Notes: a model not told the origin generated them from the sequence alone. A stretch of 26,671 nt of DNA from a virus (IMGVR_UViG_3300032218_002699:1-26671); one strand, 5' to 3'. Shown: positions 6,809-15,890, numbered from the stretch's first letter. Translations and numbers: made by a program.

Positions 6809-7458
6809 TCTTGATCCCTTCTACGATCAATATCCCAAGAACCTAGTAGTTTGAAATCAGATTCTTGTTTTTGTTTAAAATATTCTTCATTCTTTACAAA
6901 AGTTTCATGATTTCTATTCATAAGTTTTTCATCACTATTTATAGTTTGTGAAGCTCCATGAGGAGCATTGACTGTTATTCCTGAAGCGATATAATTATTT
7001 TTGATTGAAGATCGCATAACTCTTTCGTAATAATCATTGTCTTCAAAATATATTGGATAAAAATATTCATCAAACAAGCCAACTTCTCTAACTATGTTTG
7101 ATCCAATAGAAAAAGCACTCCAAGCTTCTGTAGTCATGATTATATTACTTTCATTACTAATATTATGTAATTGTTTTAGCGAACCTGGGATCCAATACGT
7201 ATCTGCTGATGAAAACATCCAATAATCTTCATGCGGGTAAAGTTTAATTGTAAGGTTCCATGAACCAGACATCCCTAGATTAGATGGAAGATTAAGTACT
7301 CTTACATTTAAATCTTTACGTTTTGGTTCATACACTTCTTTACCATTATTTATAATAAGTATCTCACCAATGGGGTAATCAATTGTTTCTAAATTTTGGT
7401 CAAGCAAATCATATCTATTTAAAACTGGTATAGATAAAACAGGGATCACTTTGTCCAC
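6796..7458 (-). CDS. Family 2 (GT-A) glycosyltransferase
   Basis: IPVLNRYDLL, IINNG, NLGMSGSWN and VGLFDEYFYPIYFEDND motifs; GTG start. Confidence 0.88.
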   Translation of the reverse strand: MDKVIPVLSIPVLNRYDLLDQNLETIDYPIGEILIINNGKEVYEPKRKDLNVRVLNLPSNLGMSGSWNLTIKLYPHEDYWMFSSADTYWIPGSLKQLHNISNESNIIMTTEAWSAFSIGSNIVREVGLFDEYFYPIYFEDNDYYERVMRSSIKNNYIASGITVNAPHGASQTINSDEKLMNRNHETFVKNEEYFKQKQESDFKLLGSWDIDRRRDQEWLR

Positions 7459-7607
7459 TTTCTAGGTTTTTTGATGTAGCCATATCTTAAAAGCTGTCTT
7501 TGTATAGTCATGTGACTACACTTTGCTTCCATAGCCATAGCTAATATTGTTTTTTTCTCTATTACATAGCGCTTGTGTATCCAAGCTTGACTATCATACA
7601 ATTTCAT
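7446..7607 (-). CDS. Small HTH DNA-binding protein (53 aa)
   Basis: Below the track cutoff: MKLYDSQAWIHKRYVIEKKTILAMAMEAKCSHMTIQRQLLRYGYIKKPRKWTK; fills the gap and overlaps both neighbours. Confidence 0.75.
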   Translation of the reverse strand: MKLYDSQAWIHKRYVIEKKTILAMAMEAKCSHMTIQRQLLRYGYIKKPRKWTK

Positions 7608-8151
7608 TTACTGCATACCATGCAATCCCCGCCGAATCTGCGACGTTATCATTTTCAGTGTCAACGCCAATGCTGCGAACAAAATCAATGGTTTTATTCT
7701 TACGGCGCTCTCTAATCTTTCCTTTATACCAGTTGTCTGACTTTCCTGGGAATTCATTTTTTATTGCTTCTTTCTCTATTTTAGTAAAATTTTTGTTACC
7801 TATGTAGGATTGCCAAGTTATTGGGTGGACCTCTACTACTTTCATATTATCACTAAGTAACTCTCCCATTATAGCACCAAATACGTAAGCCATCTTAATA
7901 CCCGTATGTACACTTTTAACGGATATTGCTGCTTCAAGAACCACAAAATCAGTATCTAATTCATCTTTGAAAGCTTTAATTTTTCGTTTTGCGTCAAGTA
8001 TTCTTTCGTATATATCCGCACCTTCAAAAAATATTTCCCCCCATTTTACTGGGACTTTATCATTCATTAGGCAAAAAGCAATACTATTTGTGCTAGCATC
8101 TACTCCCAATACCTTATGAGACTTAGGCTTTACCAGTTTTGCCAGAGACAT
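7594..8151 (-). CDS. ruvC: RuvC-like Holliday junction resolvase
   Basis: VLGVDAS, VVLE, PITWQ and DNVADS catalytic pattern. Confidence 0.85.
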   Translation of the reverse strand: MSLAKLVKPKSHKVLGVDASTNSIAFCLMNDKVPVKWGEIFFEGADIYERILDAKRKIKAFKDELDTDFVVLEAAISVKSVHTGIKMAYVFGAIMGELLSDNMKVVEVHPITWQSYIGNKNFTKIEKEAIKNEFPGKSDNWYKGKIRERRKNKTIDFVRSIGVDTENDNVADSAGIAWYAVNEIV

Positions 8152-8425
8152 TTCTCACCATCGCAATAAGATCATCTTTTTTCTTTTTTTCTTTATCCGC
8201 TTTACACTTGCCACAAATCTTGTCTTCATTATATCTACTTAAAGAAGTTTGACAATTTGCAGTCTTGCAAATACGTTTTTTACCTTTAAGTCTTTCTTTT
8301 CTTTCATAATATTGCTCTTTTAACTTTTGATTAGTAGCTGTACGGCAACATTCGTCTGAACAATATTTTTGATTATGAGTTTTTGGTTCAAATTCTTTTT
8401 TGCATTCTTCGTATATGCATATCAC
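8123..8425 (-). CDS. Cys-rich basic hypothetical protein
   Basis: CIYEEC...QKYCSDEC...CKTANC...CGKC. Confidence 0.75.
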   Translation of the reverse strand: MICIYEECKKEFEPKTHNQKYCSDECCRTATNQKLKEQYYERKERLKGKKRICKTANCQTSLSRYNEDKICGKCKADKEKKKKDDLIAMVRNVSGKTGKA

Positions 8426-9201
8426 TTTGGAGGCACCATTGCAGGCATGAAAACTTCTCCATCACCTAATTCTTTCCAGCAGGTAGATTTGACTGGACAA
8501 TACATACAAGCAGATTTAGATTTTGTAAAAGGTCTTTCTGGTAAAGTACCTTCTTCATAATTAGCATAAACTTTTCTTAACCAATCAAATACTTCATCAA
8601 TAATCTTTTCATTTCTTTCGTTCATATTTACTGGAAGAATTAAATAAGATTGATCATTTTTATTTTCATAATAAAAAAATCCTTGCTTTACACCTTTTAT
8701 TTTCATATAGGTAAGAAGTTGTAACAAGTGATTGCCAGTTGGAGACATGGCAGCTTGACGCATAGAATATACTTCATCCTTAGCAGTTTTTATTTCTCCA
8801 ATTACTTCTTTCCCATTCCATTCGATAATAGCATCTGCAAATCCTCTAACTGGTGGGCTATCATTTGTAATTTCAATTTCTGTTGCTTTAAGTATTCCTG
8901 TTTTAGCCATAACCGCCTGAATACGGTCATGAGCAGCCGTACCATTATCCATATTAGCCCTAGCCATAGCATCAAACTTATCTTCAAACTCAGCACCATT
9001 AAAAGCAATGAACCAATATCTAGGACAGTTACCATGACCATAACCAATAGTGCTAGGACTAAATGTCTTTTTTTGGGTGAATGTATCTCTTTTGTCAACA
9101 TTTGTATACGCCTCTTCCATTAATTTTGCAAACTCATTTGCATCAAAACCATCATCCATTGGTTTTTGAAACTTTAAATTACCTATAATTTTTCTACCCA
9201 T
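8422..9201 (-). CDS. Cas4-like PD-(D/E)XK exonuclease with Fe-S cysteines
   Basis: CPR, GTAAH, E...GFAD...EIKT, QLLTY, C-terminal CMYCPVKSTC; ATG at 9201 preferred. Confidence 0.88.
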   Translation of the reverse strand: MGRKIIGNLKFQKPMDDGFDANEFAKLMEEAYTNVDKRDTFTQKKTFSPSTIGYGHGNCPRYWFIAFNGAEFEDKFDAMARANMDNGTAAHDRIQAVMAKTGILKATEIEITNDSPPVRGFADAIIEWNGKEVIGEIKTAKDEVYSMRQAAMSPTGNHLLQLLTYMKIKGVKQGFFYYENKNDQSYLILPVNMNERNEKIIDEVFDWLRKVYANYEEGTLPERPFTKSKSACMYCPVKSTCWKELGDGEVFMPAMVPPK

Positions 9202-9328
9202 TTTGTGTCCCAACTGGTTTTTCTAAATGCTTGCCACATAAACCACATAGCGTATATGTATAACCAGTGTAGGGACAACTTGACTTTACAGACTCGTGCT
9301 TATGAAATATTTTTTTGAATATATTCAT
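9194..9328 (-). CDS. Small Cys/His protein (44 aa)
   Basis: MNIFKKIFHKHESVKSSCPYTGYTYTLCGLCGKHLEKPVGTQNG; TAATG coupling upstream and overlap downstream. Confidence 0.7.
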   Translation of the reverse strand: MNIFKKIFHKHESVKSSCPYTGYTYTLCGLCGKHLEKPVGTQNG

Positions 9329-9651
9329 TATGCACCATACCTTGCTGAATATTTAAGCGCATCTACTATTCTATTAATAGCTTCTTCTGCTGTATAGTAT
9401 ACATTTTTCTTTTTTGCATTTTCCCCGCCTTTTTCAAAAGTAGTGTAATAACGAGAAAGCATTGCAAATTTTGCACTCAGGGCTTGCATTTTAATAATAA
9501 GATCTGGAGCTTTTGAAGAAGGCACATCTGGTTTAGCAATAAGTTTAATAATTAAATCAAGAGCATAGTCAAGATCTTTATCATTCATAAACTCTTTCAT
9601 GTCATTAAACTCAGTTAATGCACTAATTTGATCTATAGTTGAATCAGTCAT
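9328..9651 (-). CDS. Hypothetical helical phage protein
   Basis: ORF track; coupled on both sides. Confidence 0.75.
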   Translation of the reverse strand: MTDSTIDQISALTEFNDMKEFMNDKDLDYALDLIIKLIAKPDVPSSKAPDLIIKMQALSAKFAMLSRYYTTFEKGGENAKKKNVYYTAEEAINRIVDALKYSARYGA

Positions 9652-9832
9652 TATCCCACACCCTTATATGAGTAGCACAAGGATCTCCTCCATCTGACCA
9701 CTCTTTATCTTCTTCTTCAGTTAATGGACCACCATCATGTGTATCACAAAAAACATCGCTTACCCAACCTTTTGCAATGCCAAACTCTAACCACTCACGA
9801 AAATCTGTAACCGTATATTTATCTACTGACAT
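9644..9832 (-). CDS. Hypothetical protein (CDTHDG...GGDPC motif)
   Basis: ATG at 9832 via TAATG coupling; 62 aa. Confidence 0.75.
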   Translation of the reverse strand: MSVDKYTVTDFREWLEFGIAKGWVSDVFCDTHDGGPLTEEEDKEWSDGGDPCATHIRVWDND

Positions 9833-9990
9833 TAAATGAACCTCTGAACAATTCCATATCCAAGCCATAAACCAAAAATTCCCATCAACCCAGCAAATAC
9901 TGGTGGGGCTGGGACTGGAAGCTTAAATACGCTAAATACTGCGCCAACGCCCATACCAGTTATTGTAGTTAATATAATTTCTCTAATCAT
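9832..9990 (-). CDS. XapX / DUF1427-like small membrane protein (52 aa)
   Basis: Below the track cutoff: MIREIILTTITGMGVGAVFSVFKLPVPAPPVFAGLMGIFGLWLGYGIVQRFI; LPVPAPP between two hydrophobic helices. Confidence 0.82.
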   Translation of the reverse strand: MIREIILTTITGMGVGAVFSVFKLPVPAPPVFAGLMGIFGLWLGYGIVQRFI

Positions 9991-10291
9991 TGTTTGTCTC
10001 CCAACATTCTATTAATTGTTCTAGCAAAGCCCACTCTATCACAGCAAGTCTAGTCTTTTGACCTTCCCCACCTAAAATTAATTTAAGTACTGGATATTTA
10101 TCCCTGCTGACTTTAAAAGTATCCGTACAAATTTTCGACCAAATTTCTTTTGAAATTGAGATGGATTTTGAATACTCTTTATAATCAACCACAAAATCAT
10201 GCCATTGGGAATCACCTTTTTGATAAGCACCTCTGCCACTATTTTTTTGAGCTTTTGCTCCATCACGCTTTACTTCTCCACGCTCAGACAT
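9983..10291 (-). CDS. Hjc-like PD-(D/E)XK nuclease / resolvase
   Basis: E...NSGRG...KGD...VDYK...SISI pattern. Confidence 0.65.
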   Translation of the reverse strand: MSERGEVKRDGAKAQKNSGRGAYQKGDSQWHDFVVDYKEYSKSISISKEIWSKICTDTFKVSRDKYPVLKLILGGEGQKTRLAVIEWALLEQLIECWETNND

Positions 10292-10482
10292 TATATAATA
10301 ACACTCGATTCATGACCTTGAGAACATACCCAATGTATTCTATTGTTTGTTCTATCTATGTATCCTTCAAAAACAACTTCTTTACACTCTACATTTTGAC
10401 AAGAAAAAGATCCACTTGCTGGTTGCATTGATATAGATGGATCTTTTTTTGTTCCGTTTAAAAATTGCTCAAGATTTGTCAT
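10291..10482 (-). CDS. Small Zn-ribbon-like hypothetical protein
   Basis: CQNVEC...WVCSQGH; coupled to neighbours. Confidence 0.7.
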   Translation of the reverse strand: MTNLEQFLNGTKKDPSISMQPASGSFSCQNVECKEVVFEGYIDRTNNRIHWVCSQGHESSVII

Positions 10483-11467
10483 ATATTTCCTTTTTTAATT
10501 TTTCAACAACATCAGCATTTACCTTTAAGTAATCTACGGTTTTTGCTCTACCTTGGAATCTTTCTTCTCCAACTGTATACCAAGCCCCGCCTTTTTGTAC
10601 AATACCCATCATTTCGGCAACGTCTAATACTTCGCCTACTCCGTCTACACCAATAGTTGACCCTTGGTAGTAAAAGTCATATTGTCCCGATAAATTTGGG
10701 GGGCCAAGTTTGTTGTAATCAACAATCCAATTAACTGGCCTTCCAACTCTTTGTTCAATGATTTTGTCACCCACTTGAATACCAGACTTAATAGCATTTG
10801 CTTCAGCTTCAGAAGACCAGAGCTTAATGACAGTGGAGGAAAAGAACTTGACTGCCATGCCACCTGTGGGGATGTGACTAGCATGCATAGATCCAAATTG
10901 ATTTCGTTGTTGTGAGATGAGAACAAGTAATGTGTTTTTGTTTGCGTAGTTAAGCATTTTGACTGCATGTGTCATATCCTTTGCTTCTGCACCAATCTGC
11001 TTGGTGTCTTCTAATTTTTTTAAATCTGAACTATCTTTTTCAAAATAAATTGCTGGAAGTAATGCTGAAATAGAATCAACTACAATTAAATCAACACCCG
11101 CATCCATAAGTTGTGTAGCAACATCAACCATATCATTGATTGTTTTTGCAGGAGAATAAATTAGTTTTTCAGAATCTACTCCTAATTTTTTTGCCCATTC
11201 AGCCGAGTAGGAAGCTTCTGCATCAATCCAAGCACATGTTTTTCCATTTTGCTGTGCATCTGCAATCATCTGTAAACAAAAAGAAGATTTACCAGCAGAT
11301 TTATTACCCCATACAAGAACTTGACGGCCATATCCAAAGCCACCTTTTAAGGCCATATTTAGGCCAATACTAGGAGTCTTTTGTTTTTCTACGTCTACTG
11401 TTGTTGCTATTTGAACTCTTGCTCTTGTTTTTGGATCTAATTTCGCTAGGATCTCTTCTGTCAACAT
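10469..11467 (-). CDS. recA: RecA/UvsX-like recombinase
   Basis: GNKSAGKS Walker A, WIDAE, VVDSISAL, PTGGMAVKFFSS, GGAWY. Confidence 0.95.
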   Translation of the reverse strand: MLTEEILAKLDPKTRARVQIATTVDVEKQKTPSIGLNMALKGGFGYGRQVLVWGNKSAGKSSFCLQMIADAQQNGKTCAWIDAEASYSAEWAKKLGVDSEKLIYSPAKTINDMVDVATQLMDAGVDLIVVDSISALLPAIYFEKDSSDLKKLEDTKQIGAEAKDMTHAVKMLNYANKNTLLVLISQQRNQFGSMHASHIPTGGMAVKFFSSTVIKLWSSEAEANAIKSGIQVGDKIIEQRVGRPVNWIVDYNKLGPPNLSGQYDFYYQGSTIGVDGVGEVLDVAEMMGIVQKGGAWYTVGEERFQGRAKTVDYLKVNADVVEKLKKEIYDKS

Positions 11468-11630
11468 CTTGATTTAAACTCTTTTCTAATTCGTCTCCCA
11501 AGTCTTTTACTGATGTTACATGACTGGAAGTTAATGCATCTATAACTTTACGTATTTCTTTTTCATCTTTAGCTTTTACCACTAAAAGATATTCGTTTTC
11601 CGTACCTTGAAGAACATATGCTTTACACAT
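11370..11630 (-). CDS. Hypothetical protein overlapping the recA 5' end
   Basis: ATG at 11630 lies 7 nt after TATAAT; fills the 11468-11630 gap. Confidence 0.65.
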   Translation of the reverse strand: MCKAYVLQGTENEYLLVVKAKDEKEIRKVIDALTSSHVTSVKDLGDELEKSLNQDVDRRDPSEIRSKNKSKSSNSNNSRRRKTKDS

Positions 11631-11637
11631 TAATCCT

Positions 11638-11643
11638 ATTATA
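11638..11643 (-). promoter_or_regulatory. -10 box TATAAT, probably leaderless
   Basis: GGTATAAT-AGGATTA-ATG; no clear -35. Confidence 0.5.
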
Positions 11644-11649
11644 CCGCTT

Positions 11650-11865
11650 TTATTGATTTTCTGCTGGCACTTCTGCAAGTGTAAATGTAATAGCTTGACT
11701 ATCCTCATCTTGGCTTACTGAAATACTCTTACCTGAATAATCTTTTAGCAGATGCTCAATCTCAATATCAATTGGACCAAGCTTCTCAAGAATAGCAGCA
11801 CAGATCTGCTCAATTCCAATTGGAATGTTTGCTGCATCTATAACCTTTGTTGTATCTTCGCTCAT
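11650..11865 (-). CDS. Hypothetical acidic protein
   Basis: AAGGAGG RBS; ATGA overlap with the dnaE stop. Confidence 0.75.
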   Translation of the reverse strand: MSEDTTKVIDAANIPIGIEQICAAILEKLGPIDIEIEHLLKDYSGKSISVSQDEDSQAITFTLAEVPAENQ

Positions 11866-14800
11866 ATTGTCACCTCCTTTACAAATAATGTTCCATCATC
11901 CATGCGACCTATTGCTGGATCGCAAATAGATCCTGGTCTCATCTTACCTAAAGCTGTTGTGTATAGTTTTGGGAAAGCAATAACTCGTTCAAGATTTTTA
12001 TCCATATCAGATAAAATTATATGAGCCATCATTTTATTTTGCTTGGTCTTATAATTTGTAAAATCAAGAACAAGCCTTTTTCCACTTTCAATGTTTATCT
12101 TATCTCTGTAAAGCCAAGTTACAAATGGATCATCTTTTTTATCCACCACATCATTAATTGTAACATATTTATGGATTCTATTATCTCCAACTAAAAAGAA
12201 ATACATATTGCCCGTTTCAATCTGTGTGTTTTCACTATGGAATATACCAACTGATCCTGTGTCATCTACAAGTTCTACTCTTGACCATCCCTGCCCTTTT
12301 TTAATTGCTTTAACCATAGCAAGCAATACAAAACAGCCTTGTTCAAGAAAATCTTCTAACGGGTTAACCTGAGATTTAATCTTAGGACTCAGTTTACCAG
12401 TATCAAATTTTGGAATACCAAGGTATTCATACAGATTTTCATTTTCTGTGCCAGTCCTTTTATTATCATCAAATGCAGCAGCGCCAATCATATTTAAAGA
12501 ATCAATTGCTCTGGAATTGATACCACTGCCTTTAGCATTAGCTTTTTCTTTAAAATCTGAATATGATTTGAATGGTCTGACTAAAGTAATCTTGCTGCCG
12601 ATATTATCAGATATATATTTAATATTAGATAAACCAAAACGAATTGAATTTCCTTGAATACTAAAATCTAATTCCGATTCGTTAATATGCGGGAGAAGGA
12701 CTTTAATACCCAATCGTTTGGCTTCCAAGAGATAATCTGTTCTTGCATCTTTATCCTTTTCGTTCTTGAGAATGGCAAACATAAACTCAAGAGGGTAATA
12801 ATACTTAAGCCAAGCAGTATAATAACTAAGCATAGAGTAAGCAATGGCATGAGAACGGTTAAACGAATACCCCGCATGAGCTTCAAAATCATGCCATAAT
12901 TTGGCTGCATCTTCTGAAGTAATGTGTTTACTTGCACCCGCAATAAATTGATCTTTAAATATATCAAACTCTTTAGCATCTTTCTTCTTTCCAATAATTT
13001 TACGAACTTTATCCGCTTCCATCCAAGTCATACCGCCCAAATGTACGCAAGCTTGCATAACTTGTTCTTGATAAATAATAACTCCATAAGTACGCTCTGT
13101 AAATTCGTGCATAATTGGATGAGCATATGTAACCATTTCATCACCTTTTTTACGGCGAATGTATGAGCCACCCACAGTATTCATAGCACCTGGACGAACA
13201 AGAGCGTTAGATGCTGCAAGATCTTCAAAATTACTTACTCCCATTTTCATCAATAAATTTGTATATGGAGTTGCTTCTGCTTGAAATACACCTTTTGTAA
13301 ATCCATTTGAAATCATTTCAAACACTTTTGGATCATCTAAAGTCAAAGACTTAAGGTCAACTTTTTTCTTTTTGATATGTTCAATTGTTCTCAATGTATC
13401 ATCAATAACAGATAAAGTTTTAAGTCCAAGCACATCTAATTTAATTAATCCTAAATCTGCTGTCTGATCCATATCATATGCAACAACTGGTATTCTTCCA
13501 GATACTGAATCATTTGGATCTTTTCTTGTTTCAATTGGTACATACTTACTAATATCATCTTTTGCAACTACAACTCCCGCTGCATGCATTCCGTTCCCAC
13601 GAATTTTCCCACGCAACATTGAAGCATATTTAGTTACTTCTGGATATTTTTTCCGAAATTCTTCGGTGGATGAATTACTTTCATATTCCTCAAACGTCTC
13701 AACATTCTTAAGTGCTTTATTAACTTCACCAAGTGGGACAAGGAATGCCCTAGCAACGTCACGAATTACCCCTTTATCTTTAAAGTATTGAAATGTAGAA
13801 ATTGAAGCAACATGCTTAAACTTCTTTCGTAGATATTCTTTTACTTCTCCACGACGGCGATCCATAAAATCTGTATCAATATCTGGAAAGTCATTTCTTT
13901 CTGGATTAATAAATCTAAAAAATAATAAATCAAATTTAATTGGGTCTACTTCTGTAATACCCATTAAATAACAAACTAACGACCCTGCTGCAGATCCTCT
14001 TCCTGGTCCAACAAGGATTTCATTTTCTTTTGCCCAACCAACCATATCCCCAACAACAAGGAAATAGCTAGCAAAGTTTTTATCGGAAATAACTTGAAGC
14101 TCTTCTTTGAGTCTTTCTCTGTATGTTTCATTATCTAAACCCATTTCTATTAATGACTTCTCACATAAATCTTTTACTGTTTTTAACGCATTCTTTTTTG
14201 GTACTGGTAGTAAATCTAAATTCTCATGAAAATCGTATTCTTTAATTTTATTAGCAATTTCTAAAGAAGATTCATAAATATCTGTTCTTAAGACATTCGC
14301 TTTTTCAAAGTCCTCTTTAATCTCAGAATAGGATTGAATATAAACATTGATATCAGCGAAAGAAATAGGCCTATCGGGATAAATATGATCAAAGCGATCA
14401 AGGATAGTAGAATGCGAACGACCACTTGCGTAGTCTGCATCTTTGTTTTGTTGTGGCTTTGTGGATAAGATAAGGAGGAGTTCTTCCAAATCCCTTTCCT
14501 CTTTTTTAGCAAAATGGCAGTCTCCTGTAGCAACTGATTTTACCCCCAACTCATCTGCTAATTCAAGCAGAGCGCTATTTAATTCAGGTGGATTATGAGC
14601 TTGAACTTCCATATAAAAATCTTCACCAAAACGATTTTTAAATAGTTTAGCAAGTTCTCTTGCCTTTTCATTATCTCCACGAATTATTGCTTTAGAGATA
14701 AGCCCATTCATACATCCCGATATAACAATTATACCGTCACCATATTCAAAAAGGACTTCCATATCAATTCTTGGCTTATGGTAATAACCTTCTGTCCAAG

Positions 14801-15140
14801 CAATCTGAGAAAGTTTTTGTAAATTTTTTACACCTAAATCATCTTTAGCCAACAAAATAATATGGTTATACAATGAAGTATTATCATCACGCTTTGATAC
14901 AACACGCTTATCAAATCTATCTGTAGGAGATATGTAAGCTTCAATACCTAAAATAGGTTTCATGCCTAATTCTTTTGCAGCAATTTGCATATCTCTATGT
15001 GAAGATAATGTTCCATGATCTGTAATAGACAAACATGACTGACCCGCATTTTTAGCAGCCTCCAGCAATTCGTGTGGAGTATTAAGCCCATCCATTAAAG
15101 AGTAATGGCTATGGACATGTAAATGTACAAAGTCAGACAT
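11862..15140 (-). CDS. dnaE: DNA polymerase III alpha subunit (family C)
   Basis: PHP domain HLHVHSHYSLMDG, PGRGSAAGS, PDIDTD, HAAG, KLDVLGL, YQEQ, YSFNRSHA. Confidence 0.97.
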   Translation of the reverse strand: MSDFVHLHVHSHYSLMDGLNTPHELLEAAKNAGQSCLSITDHGTLSSHRDMQIAAKELGMKPILGIEAYISPTDRFDKRVVSKRDDNTSLYNHIILLAKDDLGVKNLQKLSQIAWTEGYYHKPRIDMEVLFEYGDGIIVISGCMNGLISKAIIRGDNEKARELAKLFKNRFGEDFYMEVQAHNPPELNSALLELADELGVKSVATGDCHFAKKEERDLEELLLILSTKPQQNKDADYASGRSHSTILDRFDHIYPDRPISFADINVYIQSYSEIKEDFEKANVLRTDIYESSLEIANKIKEYDFHENLDLLPVPKKNALKTVKDLCEKSLIEMGLDNETYRERLKEELQVISDKNFASYFLVVGDMVGWAKENEILVGPGRGSAAGSLVCYLMGITEVDPIKFDLLFFRFINPERNDFPDIDTDFMDRRRGEVKEYLRKKFKHVASISTFQYFKDKGVIRDVARAFLVPLGEVNKALKNVETFEEYESNSSTEEFRKKYPEVTKYASMLRGKIRGNGMHAAGVVVAKDDISKYVPIETRKDPNDSVSGRIPVVAYDMDQTADLGLIKLDVLGLKTLSVIDDTLRTIEHIKKKKVDLKSLTLDDPKVFEMISNGFTKGVFQAEATPYTNLLMKMGVSNFEDLAASNALVRPGAMNTVGGSYIRRKKGDEMVTYAHPIMHEFTERTYGVIIYQEQVMQACVHLGGMTWMEADKVRKIIGKKKDAKEFDIFKDQFIAGASKHITSEDAAKLWHDFEAHAGYSFNRSHAIAYSMLSYYTAWLKYYYPLEFMFAILKNEKDKDARTDYLLEAKRLGIKVLLPHINESELDFSIQGNSIRFGLSNIKYISDNIGSKITLVRPFKSYSDFKEKANAKGSGINSRAIDSLNMIGAAAFDDNKRTGTENENLYEYLGIPKFDTGKLSPKIKSQVNPLEDFLEQGCFVLLAMVKAIKKGQGWSRVELVDDTGSVGIFHSENTQIETGNMYFFLVGDNRIHKYVTINDVVDKKDDPFVTWLYRDKINIESGKRLVLDFTNYKTKQNKMMAHIILSDMDKNLERVIAFPKLYTTALGKMRPGSICDPAIGRMDDGTLFVKEVTI

Positions 15141-15167
15141 GTTTATCTTTTCTATTAGTTTTTTAGA

Positions 15168-15845
15168 TTACCACTCAACGGCGGATGAAGTAGATGATGC
15201 ATGTGAATCTGAAGAATCAGTAGTGATACCTAGATAAAATGCTTCCTGTTCTGCATACTGAACATCACGAACTGCTGTCTTTTCAAGATCAAACAATTCA
15301 TACTTTTCCAAATCAATTGGAGCAGAATCAGCAGTTGGCAAAGGAATAATTGAATAGTTTGTATCAGTTTTTTCACCTGTACGCTTTAAGCGCCAAACTA
15401 CATTTGTAATACTTCCAGTTTCACCTGCGTATTGAATAATTTCTGGTGTTGCAGATTTTGGTCCTGCACCTTGAGAAAAAATTGCAACATAAGATTCTTC
15501 TTCACCATCATCAACCAACACGTTTGCGTATAGGCGACTGCGACCTTTCCAACCAGCTTTTGGATCTTTGCGATGCTCTTCGCAACCAAAGCAACGACCT
15601 TGGTCTTCAACAGAACACAAAGCTTTTCGCTTATAGTCTTTTGGATTTGTGTGTTCAACTGCAATAAAACCCAAACCAGCTTTTTCTAAATAAGTAGGTG
15701 AGTCTGGATCAAGTTCTTGCATAAATCTAATTTTTACAGATTGGCCATCTTTAAGTTGTAGCCATCTTCCTTTTACACCGTCATTAGATGAGGCGGGTCT
15801 TTCCATTTGCTTATTCATAGCGTTTAAACCTTTTACGATTCCCAT
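15168..15845 (-). CDS. Single-stranded DNA-binding protein (T4 gp32-like)
   Basis: LKDGQSVKIRF, H...C...CFGC Zn ligands, KRTGEKTDTNY, acidic tail ending in W; lies between primase and dnaE. Confidence 0.8.
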   Translation of the reverse strand: MGIVKGLNAMNKQMERPASSNDGVKGRWLQLKDGQSVKIRFMQELDPDSPTYLEKAGLGFIAVEHTNPKDYKRKALCSVEDQGRCFGCEEHRKDPKAGWKGRSRLYANVLVDDGEEESYVAIFSQGAGPKSATPEIIQYAGETGSITNVVWRLKRTGEKTDTNYSIIPLPTADSAPIDLEKYELFDLEKTAVRDVQYAEQEAFYLGITTDSSDSHASSTSSAVEW

Positions 15846-15890
15846 AATATATTCTCCTTGTGTAGTGGGCTATACATGCCCTGTGTTACT

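Noticed and set aside
8422-9201. CRISPR-Cas system suggested by the Cas4-like gene
   Set aside because: No repeat-spacer array or other cas gene is visible; solo Cas4-like nucleases are common in phage replication modules.
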